A stretch of DNA of 25,397 nt from Octopus sinensis (GCF_006345805.1 NW_021835679.1:1-25397), one strand, 5' to 3'. Numbered from the stretch's first letter, positions 9,357-20,640 are shown. The notes: generated from the letters alone by a model not told the origin. Made by a program: numbers and translations.

Positions 9357-9930
9357 TGCTGAAGGTGATGAGGAAGACAATGATGGGGACAATGATGATG
9401 AGAACGATGACAACGACGGTAACGGTGATCGGTAGGGGTAGTTTTTTAAAATCCGGTAGCCTTTGACTTAAGGAGCATTACTTGGCTATTATTTCCGATA
9501 GGACACGCGTCTACGTAAAAGCTACGGCTTTCTAATCCCGGTGCGTCGATACATTTCTGAACATCGATGATCACGATGACAACAACAACAATGATGGCTA
9601 TGCTGAGGGCGATGAGGAAGACGATGATGGCGACAATGAGGATGAGAACGATGACAACGACGATAACGGTGATCGGTAGGGGTGATCCAACATTTTGAAA
9701 TGGGATGTCATGTGATTTAATGGACATTTCACCGCTACTTGTCCCAACACATCAGACGCCTTTGTTAGACGCTGTGGCTCTTTTATTGGCGGTGTGTCTT
9801 ATGCATTTCTGAACATCGATGATTATGACGATGACAACGACAACGATAGCTACGTCGAAGATGATGACGCTGACGACGCTGACGACGATGGCGACGATGA
9901 TGACGATTAGCATAGCGGTGATTGTTAGGT
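9357..9930 (+). repeat. Degenerate ~245-250-bp tandem array (about 2.4 units)
   Basis: GGTGATCGGTAGG-like anchor at 9424, 9668 and 9917; CATTTCTGAACATCGATGAT at 9552 and 9804. Confidence 0.8.
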
Positions 9931-10557
9931 GCGCGGATTCGTTATGTGTGCAAGGAGGTGAGGTGGAGACGTGAAACGGTTTGATTTTGCAGAGTTTATT
10001 TTCTTCCCCCTCACAGACATGTGTTCTGCGTTTCTAAAACAGTCACGTCGTATCAATAATTGAGCCATGATTAGTTCTGATCGATCGCAAGCTCTCACAA
10101 TGGACGCTTGCCAAATTTAAAATTAGACATATCTAAACAACGATGGATCTAGTTACCGATGCAACAACCGTTATTGCTGTTGTTGTTGTTGTTGTTGTTG
10201 TTGCTGTTGTTGTTGTTGTTATTTTCTTTGTTGCAGCTATTGATATTTTTGTTGTTGTTGCTATTGAGGTTTTTTACTGTTGCGCTTACTGATGTTGATT
10301 TTGCTGCATCTGTTGCTGCTAATGTTGCTGATGTTAGTACTGTTTGCTGAGCTGAGGGTTGTTGTTAGCGTTGGTGATATGGTGATAGTAGTACCATGGG
10401 TTGTGATGGTGGGAGGTGGTATTGTAATGGTGGTTAGTGGTTTGTGTTGCTGGTTGTTGCCGATGCCTTTATCTAACTTGATTTCCTTCATTGAGTTATC
10501 CACTCAAACATGTGTTTGTATATGCATGTAGGATTGTGTATGTCGGTACGTATACTT

Positions 10558-10755
10558 ATATATGTGTACACACACACACACACACACATACACACACATA
10601 TATATATATATTTGTGTGCATCGTGTGAAAAACCTCGCAAAAAATCAACATTAGAGAATACAAAATGCAACTGGTACAGTAAACACTGTGAATTGCTGTA
10701 TGTAGAATACACGAGCTATTCCTGCATGCACTAATAACTCTCACTCTAACTGAAA

Positions 10756-10821
<66 letters not shown>

Positions 10822-11014
10822 TAATATATATATATGTATATATATGTGTATATATGTATATATATATGTATATATATGTATTTATATATATATATATATG
10901 TGTGTATATATATATATGTATATATATATGTATATATATATGTATATGTATATGTATATATATATATAACATAATATATAATATAATATATATATATATT
11001 ATATATATATATAC

Positions 11015-11065
<51 letters not shown>

Positions 11066-11085
11066 TATATATATATATTATACAT
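10558..11085. repeat. (TA)n/(CA)n microsatellite blocks separated by ~140 bp of unique sequence
   Basis: Dinucleotide runs at 10558-10615 and 10758-11085. Confidence 0.9.
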
Positions 11086-11356
11086 ACGCGCACAAGCAAT
11101 CATAAGTGCTTACAACTCGATTTATAAAAGTTTCTTAAATAAAACCGCAATCAATGATATCAAACACTTGTTTTTTTTCCTCCTCTTCTGCATCAGCATC
11201 ATCTCCGTGGTCTTTGTCATCAACATCAACAAACATCGCAGAAAGACAGGAACAAAAGAATGCGGAAAGTTCTATTCCGGAGTTCGACCTGGTATATATA
11301 GTAGCCAAATCAGTATCGAATTTCACGTCGTCGAAAAATGCAACAAAATAGACTTT

Positions 11357-11502
11357 GTATGTATGTATGTATGTATGTATGTATGTATGTATGTATGTAT
11401 GAATGTATGTATGTATGTATGTATGTATGTATTTATGTATGTATGAGTGTATATATGTATATATATATATATAATTACATGCATAAACATATATATATAT
11501 AT
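11357..11502. repeat. (TATG)n/(TA)n microsatellite
   Basis: Tetranucleotide run. Confidence 0.95.
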
Positions 11503-11900
11503 GGCGTAGGAGTGGCTGTGTGGTAAGTAGCTTGTTTACTAAGCACATGGTTCCGGGTTCAGTCCCACTGCGTGGCACCTTGGGCAAGTGTCTTCTACTA
11601 TAGCTCGGGCCGACCAAAGCCTTGTGAGTGGATTTGGTAGACGGAAACTGAAAGAAGCCCGTCGTATAATGTATGTATGCGTGTGTGTGTTTGTGTCTGT
11701 GTTTGTCCCCCTAGCATTGCTTGACAACCGATGCTGGTGCGTTTATGTCCCTGTTACTAGCGTTTCGGCAAAAAGAGACCGATAGAATAAGTACTGGGCT
11801 TACAAAAGAATAAGTCCTGGGGTCGAGTTGCTCGATTAAAGGCGGTGCTCCAGCATGGCCGCAGTCAAATGACTGAAACAAGTAAAAGAGTAAAAGAGTA
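11503..11900 (+). mobile_element. tRNA-derived SINE family B, full length
   Basis: A box TGGCTGTGTGGT, B box GGTTCAGTCCC, central CACCTTGGGCAAGTGTC, internal microsatellite, tail GGCGGTGCTCCAGCATGGCCGCAGTC...(GTAAAAGA)n. Confidence 0.95.
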
Positions 11901-11905
11901 ATATA

Positions 11906-12270
11906 GTTAATCCAAACAAGAAAGCACAAAAAAAAAAACACAACGCGAGGACGTGGAACAAATATAATATTATTGGACGCTCAGGAAAGAAGGAAAGAAG
12001 GAGGATTTAACGTTTCGAGCGGAGCTCTTCGTCGGAAACATAGGAGAAGGAAAGATCCAGAGAAGGGAAGACAGAGGAAAAACATCGCCAACGGTACACA
12101 CGAAGTCACATTTTGAAAGACCGGAAGGAATAATAAAAAATGGGACAAGAACGCAAAATAACCGGACAGCTAGGTGATACAAAAATGGGACAGCAAACCA
12201 TCCAGATAGACGATACAAAGAAAACAAAGACAGGTCATTCGAAGTTTTCTTTCCTCAGTCAAGTACCAGA
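11906..12270 (-). mobile_element. Penelope-like pLTR-type element (family 3), longer copy
   Basis: 11906-12111 is the reverse complement of 24131-24339; about 160 bp of extra 5' sequence; carries an HHR motif. Confidence 0.7.
12005..12039 (-). ncRNA. Minimal type I hammerhead-like motif (U4C variant)
   Basis: GUUU-CCGACGA-A-GAGC-UCC-GCUC-GAAAC-GUU-AAAU, identical to 24204-24238. Confidence 0.6.
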
Positions 12271-12396
12271 AGTATGTATGTTTATATGTATGTATAACTC
12301 TTTCAAGACTACATCACTACAATCAGTACCACAGCCAACGACATCCATAAAAAAATCAATATTAAACATCAAAAAAATACACTACACCAAAATAAA

Positions 12397-12450
<54 letters not shown>

Positions 12451-12694
12451 AAAACCCAATAATATCACTCTATTATCGTCAGTACAGCCATTAATGACAC
12501 CGTGACGGCTATGGTTATCAACACCAACGGTTAGTTACTGACCAAACGTTTATTATGTAGGAGAAGAAAATGTAATTATTAATTAATTAAGGGGCATACA
12601 CGCCTCTCTATAATCAGCACAGCATGAAAGATGGACAGTTTGGTGAATTATGTTTGCGTATTCTATAAATATATTGTCTATCAAGGTGTGTATG

Positions 12695-12959
12695 ATATAT
12701 ATATATATATATAATATATATATATACATACATATTTATATATATATATATATTACATACATATATATATAATACAACGTATATATATATATATATGTAT
12801 GTAAATATATATTATATATATATGTGTGGATATTATATATATGTATATGTATGTATATATATATATATGTAAGTGTATGTATGTATGTTTGTGTGAGAAC
12901 GCGGTTAGTATCTCTATATACTCCATATATAGATATATAAGTATACATAAGTGCGTCTG

Positions 12960-13036
<77 letters not shown>

Positions 13037-13110
13037 ATATATACATATATATATATATATTCAAACATGCGTACATAAAGATGTATATATGTGTGTGTGT
13101 ATGTGTGTGT
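12695..13110. repeat. (TA)n/(CA)n/(TG)n compound microsatellite
   Basis: Dinucleotide runs; another (TA)n lies at 12400-12446. Confidence 0.9.
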
Positions 13111-13308
13111 GCCTATAACGACATAGTGGAGCTTTGTACATCACAGACGTCCTACCAGAGACGCGTATATGTATGCGTCCGTACACTCAGTCATATTGAT
13201 TGGATTGTAAGGAAGAGATGAAGGGAGAGATAAGCAGTACTCTATAAGGAGTAATCCATTTACGTGGACTAGTTAAGTGAAAGCAAGACTGACTGACATA
13301 TTCATGTA

Positions 13309-13727
13309 TACTCTTTTACTCTTTTACTCTTTTACTTGTTTCAGTCATTTGACTGCGGCCATGCTGGAGCACCGCCTTTAGTCGAGCAAATCGATCCTGG
13401 GACTTATTCTTTGTAAGCCCAGTACTTATTCTAGCGGTCTCTTTTGCTGAACCGCTAAGTGGCGGGGACGTAAACACACCAGCATCGGTTGTCAAGCAAT
13501 GCTAGGGGGACAAACACAGACACACAAACACATACACACACATATATATATATATACATATATACGACAGGCTTCTTTCAGTTTCCGTCTACCAAATCCA
13601 CTCAGAAGGCTTTGGTCGGCCCGAGGCTATAGCAGAAGACACTTGCCCAAGATGCCACGCAGTGGGACTGAACATGGAACCATGTGGTTGGTTAGCAAGC
13701 TACTTACCACACAGCCACTCCTGCGCC
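13309..13727 (-). mobile_element. SINE family B, full length
   Basis: Reverse complement of the 11503 family with a (TACTCTTT)n tail. Confidence 0.95.
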
Positions 13728-13744
13728 TATATATATATATATAT

Positions 13745-14122
13745 TTTTTTTTTCTCTAGCTTCAGCTCAGAGCTGCGTCCATGCTGATGTGCCGCCGTTT
13801 TGTACTACACTGTTATTACGAAGAACCTCGTCTAATATGTGGCACTTGGTGAAGAATGGAGTTTGATATAGCTACTCTCATGTGCACCTCTTGCCGTGAG
13901 GTAGGTTCATCTGGGACTCTTGACAGGAAGATGTCCAGCTTTGATTTAAAAACCGCTACATCTACTTTGTGCAAGTTTCTCAGATTCTTTGGGAGAATAT
14001 TAAAAAGCTGTGGGCCCTTGAAACCCAGGCTGTTGCAGAAGCTGGTCCTGAAGCGTGATGGCATTGCTGGGATCTTTGGCACTATGCAGTGTCGTCCCGT
14101 TCTAGCATTGGTGCAGCTTACA

Positions 14123-14128
<6 letters not shown>
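13745..14128 (-). mobile_element. 5'-truncated CR1/L2-group LINE 3' end
   Basis: C-terminal ORF2-like peptide, short 3' UTR and A-rich tail at 13745-13753; truncated at a (TA)n block. Confidence 0.8.
13816..14127 (-). pseudogene. LINE ORF2 C-terminal remnant
   Basis: GIVSCTNARTGRHCIVPKIP...SLGFKGPQLFNILPKNLRNL...FKSKLDIFLSRVPDEP...NSILHQ resembles the post-RT C-terminus of CR1/L2-group elements (GPxLFNxLP, FKxKLDxFL motifs). Confidence 0.8.
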
Positions 14129-14160
<32 letters not shown>

Positions 14161-14401
14161 CATATATATATATACATACATACATAGACCCTGCTGTAAT
14201 CGAATAGATTCCGATGTGCTAACTTTGCCTCTCCGATTAAACTGCATATCCTATAGTAGCATGGTATATTCTTCCACAGCTAACCAAAATATCTCCAGTT
14301 GCACTCATGGAATATTATAAGTTTTAGCTGAAGGATATCACTTCTTTGCTAACGAATTTTAAGTTCGGCTGCTTGCTACATGTACTCGTAACACTTTAAC
14401 A

Positions 14402-14850
14402 GGATCTTTTCGGTTTGAACGGCAGTTTTTAACATAATTTCTAGGTAACTAAAAATTTTTAAACTTCGTGTACTGGTAGAATGTGTTTATAAAACATCTT
14501 TTTCTCTTGGCTTTATTGAGAAAATTCTATAGTTTGTAAGATATTTGTTTGTTTTTTTCTTCAATTTCTGCAATTTCAACCAATCAGTGACGTCTATTGA
14601 GTTAAAAAACATTCTGTGCCGTATGAATATGTCCCTCGTTTAAGAAACAGATTGGGTTTATTTACATTTCTGAAGAAAAAAAAAGATACCCTTCCACCCA
14701 CCCCTAACCCTAACCTAACTAACCCAAACCCTAAAACAGATTGAAATAGATCGACACTAGGGTCAATAGATCGATACTAGGGTCATAATTATGGGTGACA
14801 ATTTCATATGACACCGCTAGAAAAAACTGCCGTTCAAACCGAAAAGATCC
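14402..14850. mobile_element. MITE, 449 bp, with perfect 29-bp TIRs
   Basis: GGATCTTTTCGGTTTGAACGGCAGTTTTT at 14402-14430 and its exact reverse complement at 14822-14850; no ORF; TSD not evident, so the superfamily is unassigned. Confidence 0.9.
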
Positions 14851-15101
14851 AAATAACAACTTAATAACCTCTTGCATTTTCTGATATTAAATTCTACCAC
14901 AATTTTCGTCGTATGATTTGGCTGGTTGAAAAAGAACCTAATTTAAAAGCGACAAATTAGGAATTGCCTTTCAAGCCGAACGCGACTAACGTCCCCTCAA
15001 TATGGACATCTGATATATTAGTTCTGTATATTCAGACTTTGAGAATAAGCCGTAAATAATAGCTGTGAGAGTCTAACTAGCAATACAAATATATACATAT
15101 A

Positions 15102-15777
15102 CTAGCAGTATCGCCCGGCGTTGCTCGGGTTTGTAAGGGAAATAACTATATAAGCATTTTTAGAGAGTTATAGCAAAAAAATTAGCAAAAGAATGCATTA
15201 AAAATGGAATAAAAAATGATGGTAATTTTTTTTTTAATCGTTGACTCATCGTAGACATTTTTAGAGAGTTACCTGCCTTATATAATAGCGAAAAAATGCA
15301 TTAAAATGGAAAAAAATGATGGTAATTTTTTTTTTTAATCGTAGACTCATCGTAGACGCTTTCTTAGCCATTTCTGTTTTGGTGTCTTCAAGCCATGAAG
15401 TCGTTGTACTAAAAGAACGCTGATCTCCTTGACAACGCTTTACGACGTTGATTTCTTTACACTCCCTTCCCCACAGCTTCACGAGGGAGGGAAGAAGGGG
15501 GAGAAGCAAACAGGTGCAGGTGTGACCATGGACGCCAACTCCGCCGCCATCGACACACGAAAAATTATGCATTGAAATGGAATAAAAAATTATGTTAAGT
15601 TATTTTTAAAATCGTAGACTCATTGTAGACGCGCGCTAATAGCCAGACGGGCTCGATATGAATCACGACTATAAGATACCCGAATTTGGTTAAACTGCAC
15701 CGCAAAATGTGGGAGTAGTTAGGAATCTAAATCGAAGGGGACAGACACTCACACAACTACAGTTTTATATATATAGA
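15102..15777 (-). mobile_element. Non-autonomous Helitron
   Basis: Minus strand starts TC (15777-15776), ends CTAG (15105-15102), sits between A and T with no TSD, and has a subterminal hairpin CCCGAGCAACGCCGGG. Confidence 0.85.
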
Positions 15778-15873
15778 TATATACTCAATATAACTTAGTG
15801 CTCTCTTCTATCGGTTGTATACAAACACGTATATTGCTAGCGTATGTGTATACGCTTGTGTGCGAACTAGTAT

Positions 15874-16077
15874 TACTCTTTTACTCTTTTACTTGTTTCA
15901 GTCATTTGACTGCGGCCATGCTGGAGCACCGCCTTTAGTCGAGCAAATCGACCCCGGGACTTATTCTTTGTAAGCCCAGTACTTATTCTATCGGTCTCTT
16001 TTTGCCGAACCGCTAGTGACGGGGACATAAACACACCAAGCAATGCTAGGGGGACAAACACAGACACACAAACATAT

Positions 16078-16118
<41 letters not shown>

Positions 16119-16281
16119 CGACAGGCTTCTTTCAGTTTCCGTCTACCAAATCCACTCACAAGGCATTGGTCGGCCCGGGGCTATAGCAGAAGACACTTGC
16201 CCAAGATGCCACGCAGTGGGACGGAACCCGGAACCATGTGGTTGGTTAGCAAGCTACTTACCACACAGCCACTCCTGCGCC
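15874..16281 (-). mobile_element. SINE family B, full length with a small internal deletion
   Basis: Family match; lacks the GCATCGGTTGTCA segment near 16038. Confidence 0.95.
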
Positions 16282-17025
16282 TATGTGTGCATCTATGCCA
16301 AAATATACCGCTATATGTCACAGATTATGTACATACCCATGTATGCACACAGATACAAGTACACATTGTGTTATCAAGTGACGTAGCTATCTATCCATCC
16401 ATCACTTGCTCTCTCTATCCAGGTAGTCAGCCATCTGTCTCTTCCTTCATTTCCTTATCTATCTCTCAATATCTCCAACCAAACTACTAAGTCTACTAAG
16501 AAGGATAATCCTGGCGTATCATTAGGATACAGACAAGCAATCCAGACTCAGATTTTCCTAAGTATCAAGCTTTATCTTCGCCAAAGCAAAGACCGCTAAT
16601 ACTATTTCGCCGCCATTATTTCTCCCACCAGCTCTTTCTTTTGATCGTTAAATCTCATGCAATCTAGCATGAAACACTGACATTGCAACTCGCCACTTCC
16701 ACCAGCAATGTAGTTTAAGATGCAGCCGTAAGTCATCCTATAAGGATTGGTGCCATTTGAGAGATTATGGCGAAATTGATACAGGAATCTTTGAAATTCT
16801 CTCCAAGAATATAAATGATTACACAATGAAATACAATACATTATGATACGATACGAAATTCCAAACGTCTATTAAGCTGTCTTATACTGTCTATTTATAC
16901 ATTCCATCCTTCACAGAATTGGCACACAGATGCATACAAGTTCTCGTACATAAACATATCTACGCGTATATACATATTCGCACATATACGCACATACGTA
17001 TACGTATGTATATAAATATATATCT

Positions 17026-17263
17026 CTCTTTACTCTTTTACTCTTTTACTTGTTTCAGTCATTTGACTGCGGCCATGCTGGAGCACCGCCTTTAGTCGAA
17101 CAGATCGACCCCGGGACTTATTCTTTGTAAGCCCAGTACTTATTCTCTCGCTCTCTTTTACCGAACCGCTAAGTGACGGCGACGTAAACATACCAGCATC
17201 GGTTGTCAAGCAATACTAGGGGGACAGACACAGACACACAAACATACACACACACGCACACAT

Positions 17264-17300
<37 letters not shown>

Positions 17301-17470
17301 CATATATACGACGGGCTTCTTTCAGTTTCCGTCTACCAAATCCACTCACAAGGCTTTGGTCGGCCCGAGGCTATAGTAGAAGACACTTGCCCAAGATGCC
17401 ACGCAGTGTGACTGAACCCGGAACCATGTGGTTGGTAAACAAGGTACTTACCACGCAGCCACTCCTACGC

Positions 17471-17471
<1 letters not shown>
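17026..17471 (-). mobile_element. SINE family B, full length
   Basis: Family match with an expanded central (AC)/(AT) tract. Confidence 0.95.
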
Positions 17472-17505
<34 letters not shown>

Positions 17506-18319
17506 AATGAGTATATGTTAGCATCTGTGTATGTATTTATGTTTATGTATGTGTGCTTATGCATAGTACTTTTAATCATTTCTGTATGTTAGTTCCACTG
17601 CAATATCCAAGAATCTAGACAGCGTGATCTTCAGCTGACTTGTTAGTAGTCATCTATGCAATAAATAACTCTTGGCATGTCACATGATGTTTGACGTCTT
17701 AGCCATTGTGTTTGTTTTCCTGAAAAAAAAAGAGAAACTTTCATACAGTGTGGACAAGCGACGATTAGTCTGCCTTGCCGTTCATTAATTTTAGGAGATT
17801 ATTTGTGATGTGATATTTCCCAGTCAAACAAAAGTGGCGTCCTTTGAACTACCGTTGTCTGGACTGGCTCTCTCCAAGTTAAAACCTGCATTTGTATATT
17901 ATAAAAAAAGATGCTGATCTCCATCTGTCTGTCTGGAACAATGTCTCTGCAGAGGGAGGAAAGGAGAGGAGAAAAAGTTGATGTTGAGAGAGGAATATAG
18001 TGAGTGAGAGAGAGATGAAAGATAGATAGATAGTTAGATGCGTCGTTTTCTCACCTTACTAACAAGTTTCGATTAAAAACGCGCGGATTTTAAGAGCAAG
18101 TCCGTCAACACAACGCAACATAGACTTCATAAAAAGACTATATGTATATATAATACATATAGTTACACTTTTGATCGTCTGTTTCTTGTGTGTGTGTGTG
18201 TGTGTGTGTGATTTTATTTATCTCTCAAAATATATACAACGCGAAACAGTCTTTACAAAAAGATTTTCACTTTGAACACTTTATGAAGGTACGTGCAACG
18301 AGTAGCAAATAATTTTACC

Positions 18320-18733
18320 TGTTTCTTTACTGCCCACAAGGGGCTAAACACAGAGGGAACAAACAAGGACAGACAGACGGATTAAGTCGATTATATCGAC
18401 TCCAGTGTGTAACTGGTACTTAATTTATCGACCCCGAAAGGATGAAAGGCAAAGTCGACCTCAGCGGAATTTGAACTCAGAACGTAACGGCAGACGAAAT
18501 ACCTATTTCTTTACTACCCACAAGGGGCTAAACGCAGAGGAGACAAACAAGGACAGACAAACGGATTAAGTCGATTATATCGACCCCAGCGCGTAACTGG
18601 TACTTAATTTATCGACCCCGAAAGGATGAAATGCAAAGTCGACCTCGGCGGAATTTGAACTCAGGACGTAACGGCAGACGAAATACCGCTAAGCATTTCG
18701 CCTGGCGTGCTAACGATTCTGCCAGCTCGCCGC
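18320..18733 (-). mobile_element. SINE family A tandem dimer
   Basis: Two 184-bp units; 18-bp TSD GTAGCAAATA(AT/TC)TTTACC at 18302-18319 and 18734-18751. Confidence 0.95.
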
Positions 18734-19265
18734 GTAGCAAATATCTTTACCGGCAGCGTAACGACTGTCAATCGACCTAGTTTCAATAAAATTTCTTATC
18801 TTTAGCAGAATGTGTTTTGAGAGAGGTGTAGCCTTTTGTTTGTAGCGTTTGTTTTAAATGAGACCAAATGCTAGCATGGTTGTCTATTAAATGAGTAATT
18901 TGTGAAACTGATGAATGCAAAAATACGATCTTTTTTTTCTCAATTGCTGTTGCTTAATACAATATTCCGTAACTCGTGCACATCTTATCCAAAAGACGTA
19001 GTGGTTTTCTACGACTCTTTTTTTCTACCTTGCTTTGTTTTATCTTAAAGGAATTTGTAGTTACGCAACGAAAGGATATTTCATGGAGAAGGTGATGTAG
19101 AATACATCATTTTTACGTTACACCTGTTGAATAATTTATGAAGTTTGATTTTTTTTTAAGGAAGTGTTTGTTGAAAGAAATGTTTTACCAAGCAGGTGAA
19201 AAAGATCTTAAACACTAAAAATAATGCATCGGTTTTTCTCTGTCTCTATCTCTCTGCGAAATTCT

Positions 19266-19267
<2 letters not shown>

Positions 19268-19316
<49 letters not shown>

Positions 19317-19341
19317 CTTCTCTCTCTCTCTCTCTCCCTCT

Positions 19342-19375
<34 letters not shown>
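19268..19375. repeat. (AC)n/(CT)n microsatellite
   Basis: Dinucleotide runs. Confidence 0.95.
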
Positions 19376-19378
<3 letters not shown>

Positions 19379-19525
19379 CTTGCATTGCTGTTGTTAGAGA
19401 TGGTGGTGGCGGTGGAATGTTAACTGAGTGATATGTTGTGGTATTTTTGAAGTGGCTATTCGCCTATTCCTCGTTTTACTTTTCGTTGCTAAGAAGAGAG
19501 ATTGATTATACGTTTACTTAACTAA

Positions 19526-19837
19526 ATGGCTCTCCGTCGCTTTCGACGATGAGGGTTCCAGGTGATCCCATCAACGGAACAGCTTGCTCCTTCGTGAAAT
19601 TAACGTGCAAGTGGCTGAGCACTCCACAGACACGCTTAACCTTTAACAGTTTTCAGAGAGAATTAGCATGGCACAGAATATAACAAGGCTGATCCTTTCA
19701 AATACTAACTTAGTTTTGTCAGCCGAGTGAACTAGGAGACACGTGAAATAATTTGTCTTGCTCAAGGAACATCACACGCCAGGAATTGAACTCAGGATCT
19801 TGCGATCGCGAGCCGAAATCATTAACTACTAAGCCAC
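19526..19837 (-). mobile_element. SINE family C, near full length, diverged
   Basis: Minus strand has head GTGGCTTAGTAGTTAATGATTTCGGCTCGCGATC, central TTCCTTGAGCAAGACAAATT and a body matching 20236-20415. Confidence 0.8.
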
Positions 19838-19876
19838 TTGCTTTCACTATACATTTACTTAATATCTAATAAGAGA

Positions 19877-19963
19877 CACAGGCATGGCTGTGTTCATGAA
19901 GAGCTCACATTGCAACCACGTTTTTTCAGGTTCAGTTCTAGTGTGAGGCACCCTGGACCAAGC
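19877..19963 (+). mobile_element. Degraded SINE family B head
   Basis: CACAGGCATGGCTGTGT...CAACCACG...GGTTCAGTTC...GGCACCCTGG. Confidence 0.6.
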
Positions 19964-20235
19964 AACACTCTAATATATTACTGATTCATTCATCACTGAT
20001 CCTGGATAACACGATACGCCCGACTGTGAACCGTGTCACGCTTATCACGATTTGATCTCTGATAAGAAGGCTTGGCGATTCGATAAAAATTCTGTTTGCA
20101 CTTCAAAAGCTCTCTCCAGCGATGATCCACAATGTTCACCTACCCAGAACGAATTGGTTATCGCTCGCGTTTACATCACCTATGTTGTGGGGCTCAGTAT
20201 GATTCATACGGATTTACGTACTCGTGTATATGAAC

Positions 20236-20415
20236 GCGTAGCTTAGTGGTCTGGGTATTCGGCTCACGATCGCGAAGTCGTGAGTTCGATTCACAGCGGT
20301 GCGTTGTGTCCTTGAGCAAGAGACTTTATTTCACGTTGCTCCAGTTCACCCAGCTGGCAAAAAATGAGTAGTACCTGTATTTCAAAAGGGCCAACCTTGT
20401 TACACTCTATGTCAC
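20236..20415 (+). mobile_element. SINE family C, 5' half (tRNA-Val-like head)
   Basis: GCGTAGCTTAGTGG...GGCTCACGATC...GAGTTCGATTC followed by GTTGTGTCCTTGAGCAAGAGACTT...CCAGTTCACCCAGCTG. The central block resembles Deu/Nin- or V-type SINE domains (from memory). Confidence 0.85.
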
Positions 20416-20640
20416 TATGAACTTTTTAACCTCACAGCCACAGTCCAGTCCAGATTGAGCATATCTATGATGAATAATGCTCCAACTGTGACCATTCCAT
20501 TTAATTTGTCTACGATGAAGTTATGCAATGAGATATTTACGCTTAAATCTTGCAGGCTGTGATTACAAGGACACTTGGCTGTTATTTCGAAATGGGATAG
20601 AACTCGTACGGAGAGCCTTCCCCATTTTCTCTTGGAGGTT

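Noticed and set aside
9995-10060. Strong-looking splice acceptor TTTTCTTCCCCCTCACAG
   Set aside because: All three downstream frames stop within about 50 nt and no matching donor or coding signal was found; it cannot be supported without RNA data.
12228-12262. Second hammerhead-like CUGAGGA...CGAAU on the minus strand of the family-3 element
   Set aside because: GAAU replaces GAAA, and neither helix III nor helix I can be formed.
14702-14734. Interstitial telomere or chromosome-fusion scar
   Set aside because: Only a few degenerate CCCTAA units, lying inside a TIR-bounded MITE.
14920-14977. Pre-miRNA-like hairpin (CCTAATTT/AAATTAGG inner stem, TTGAAA/TTTCAA outer stem)
   Set aside because: Large internal loop and AT-rich stems; no expression evidence.
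15192-15630. Repeat-spacer-like pattern suggestive of CRISPR
   Set aside because: Eukaryotic context, only three ~65-bp units with very unequal spacers (38 and ~207 bp), inside a Helitron, and no cas genes.
16602-16841. 79-aa minus-strand ORF in unique sequence
   Set aside because: Short, no recognisable motif, and of a length expected by chance.
20236-20310. tRNA-Val-like sequence as a real tRNA gene
   Set aside because: The acceptor stem is incomplete and it continues directly into the SINE-C body, so it is a SINE head. The same applies to the family A and B heads.
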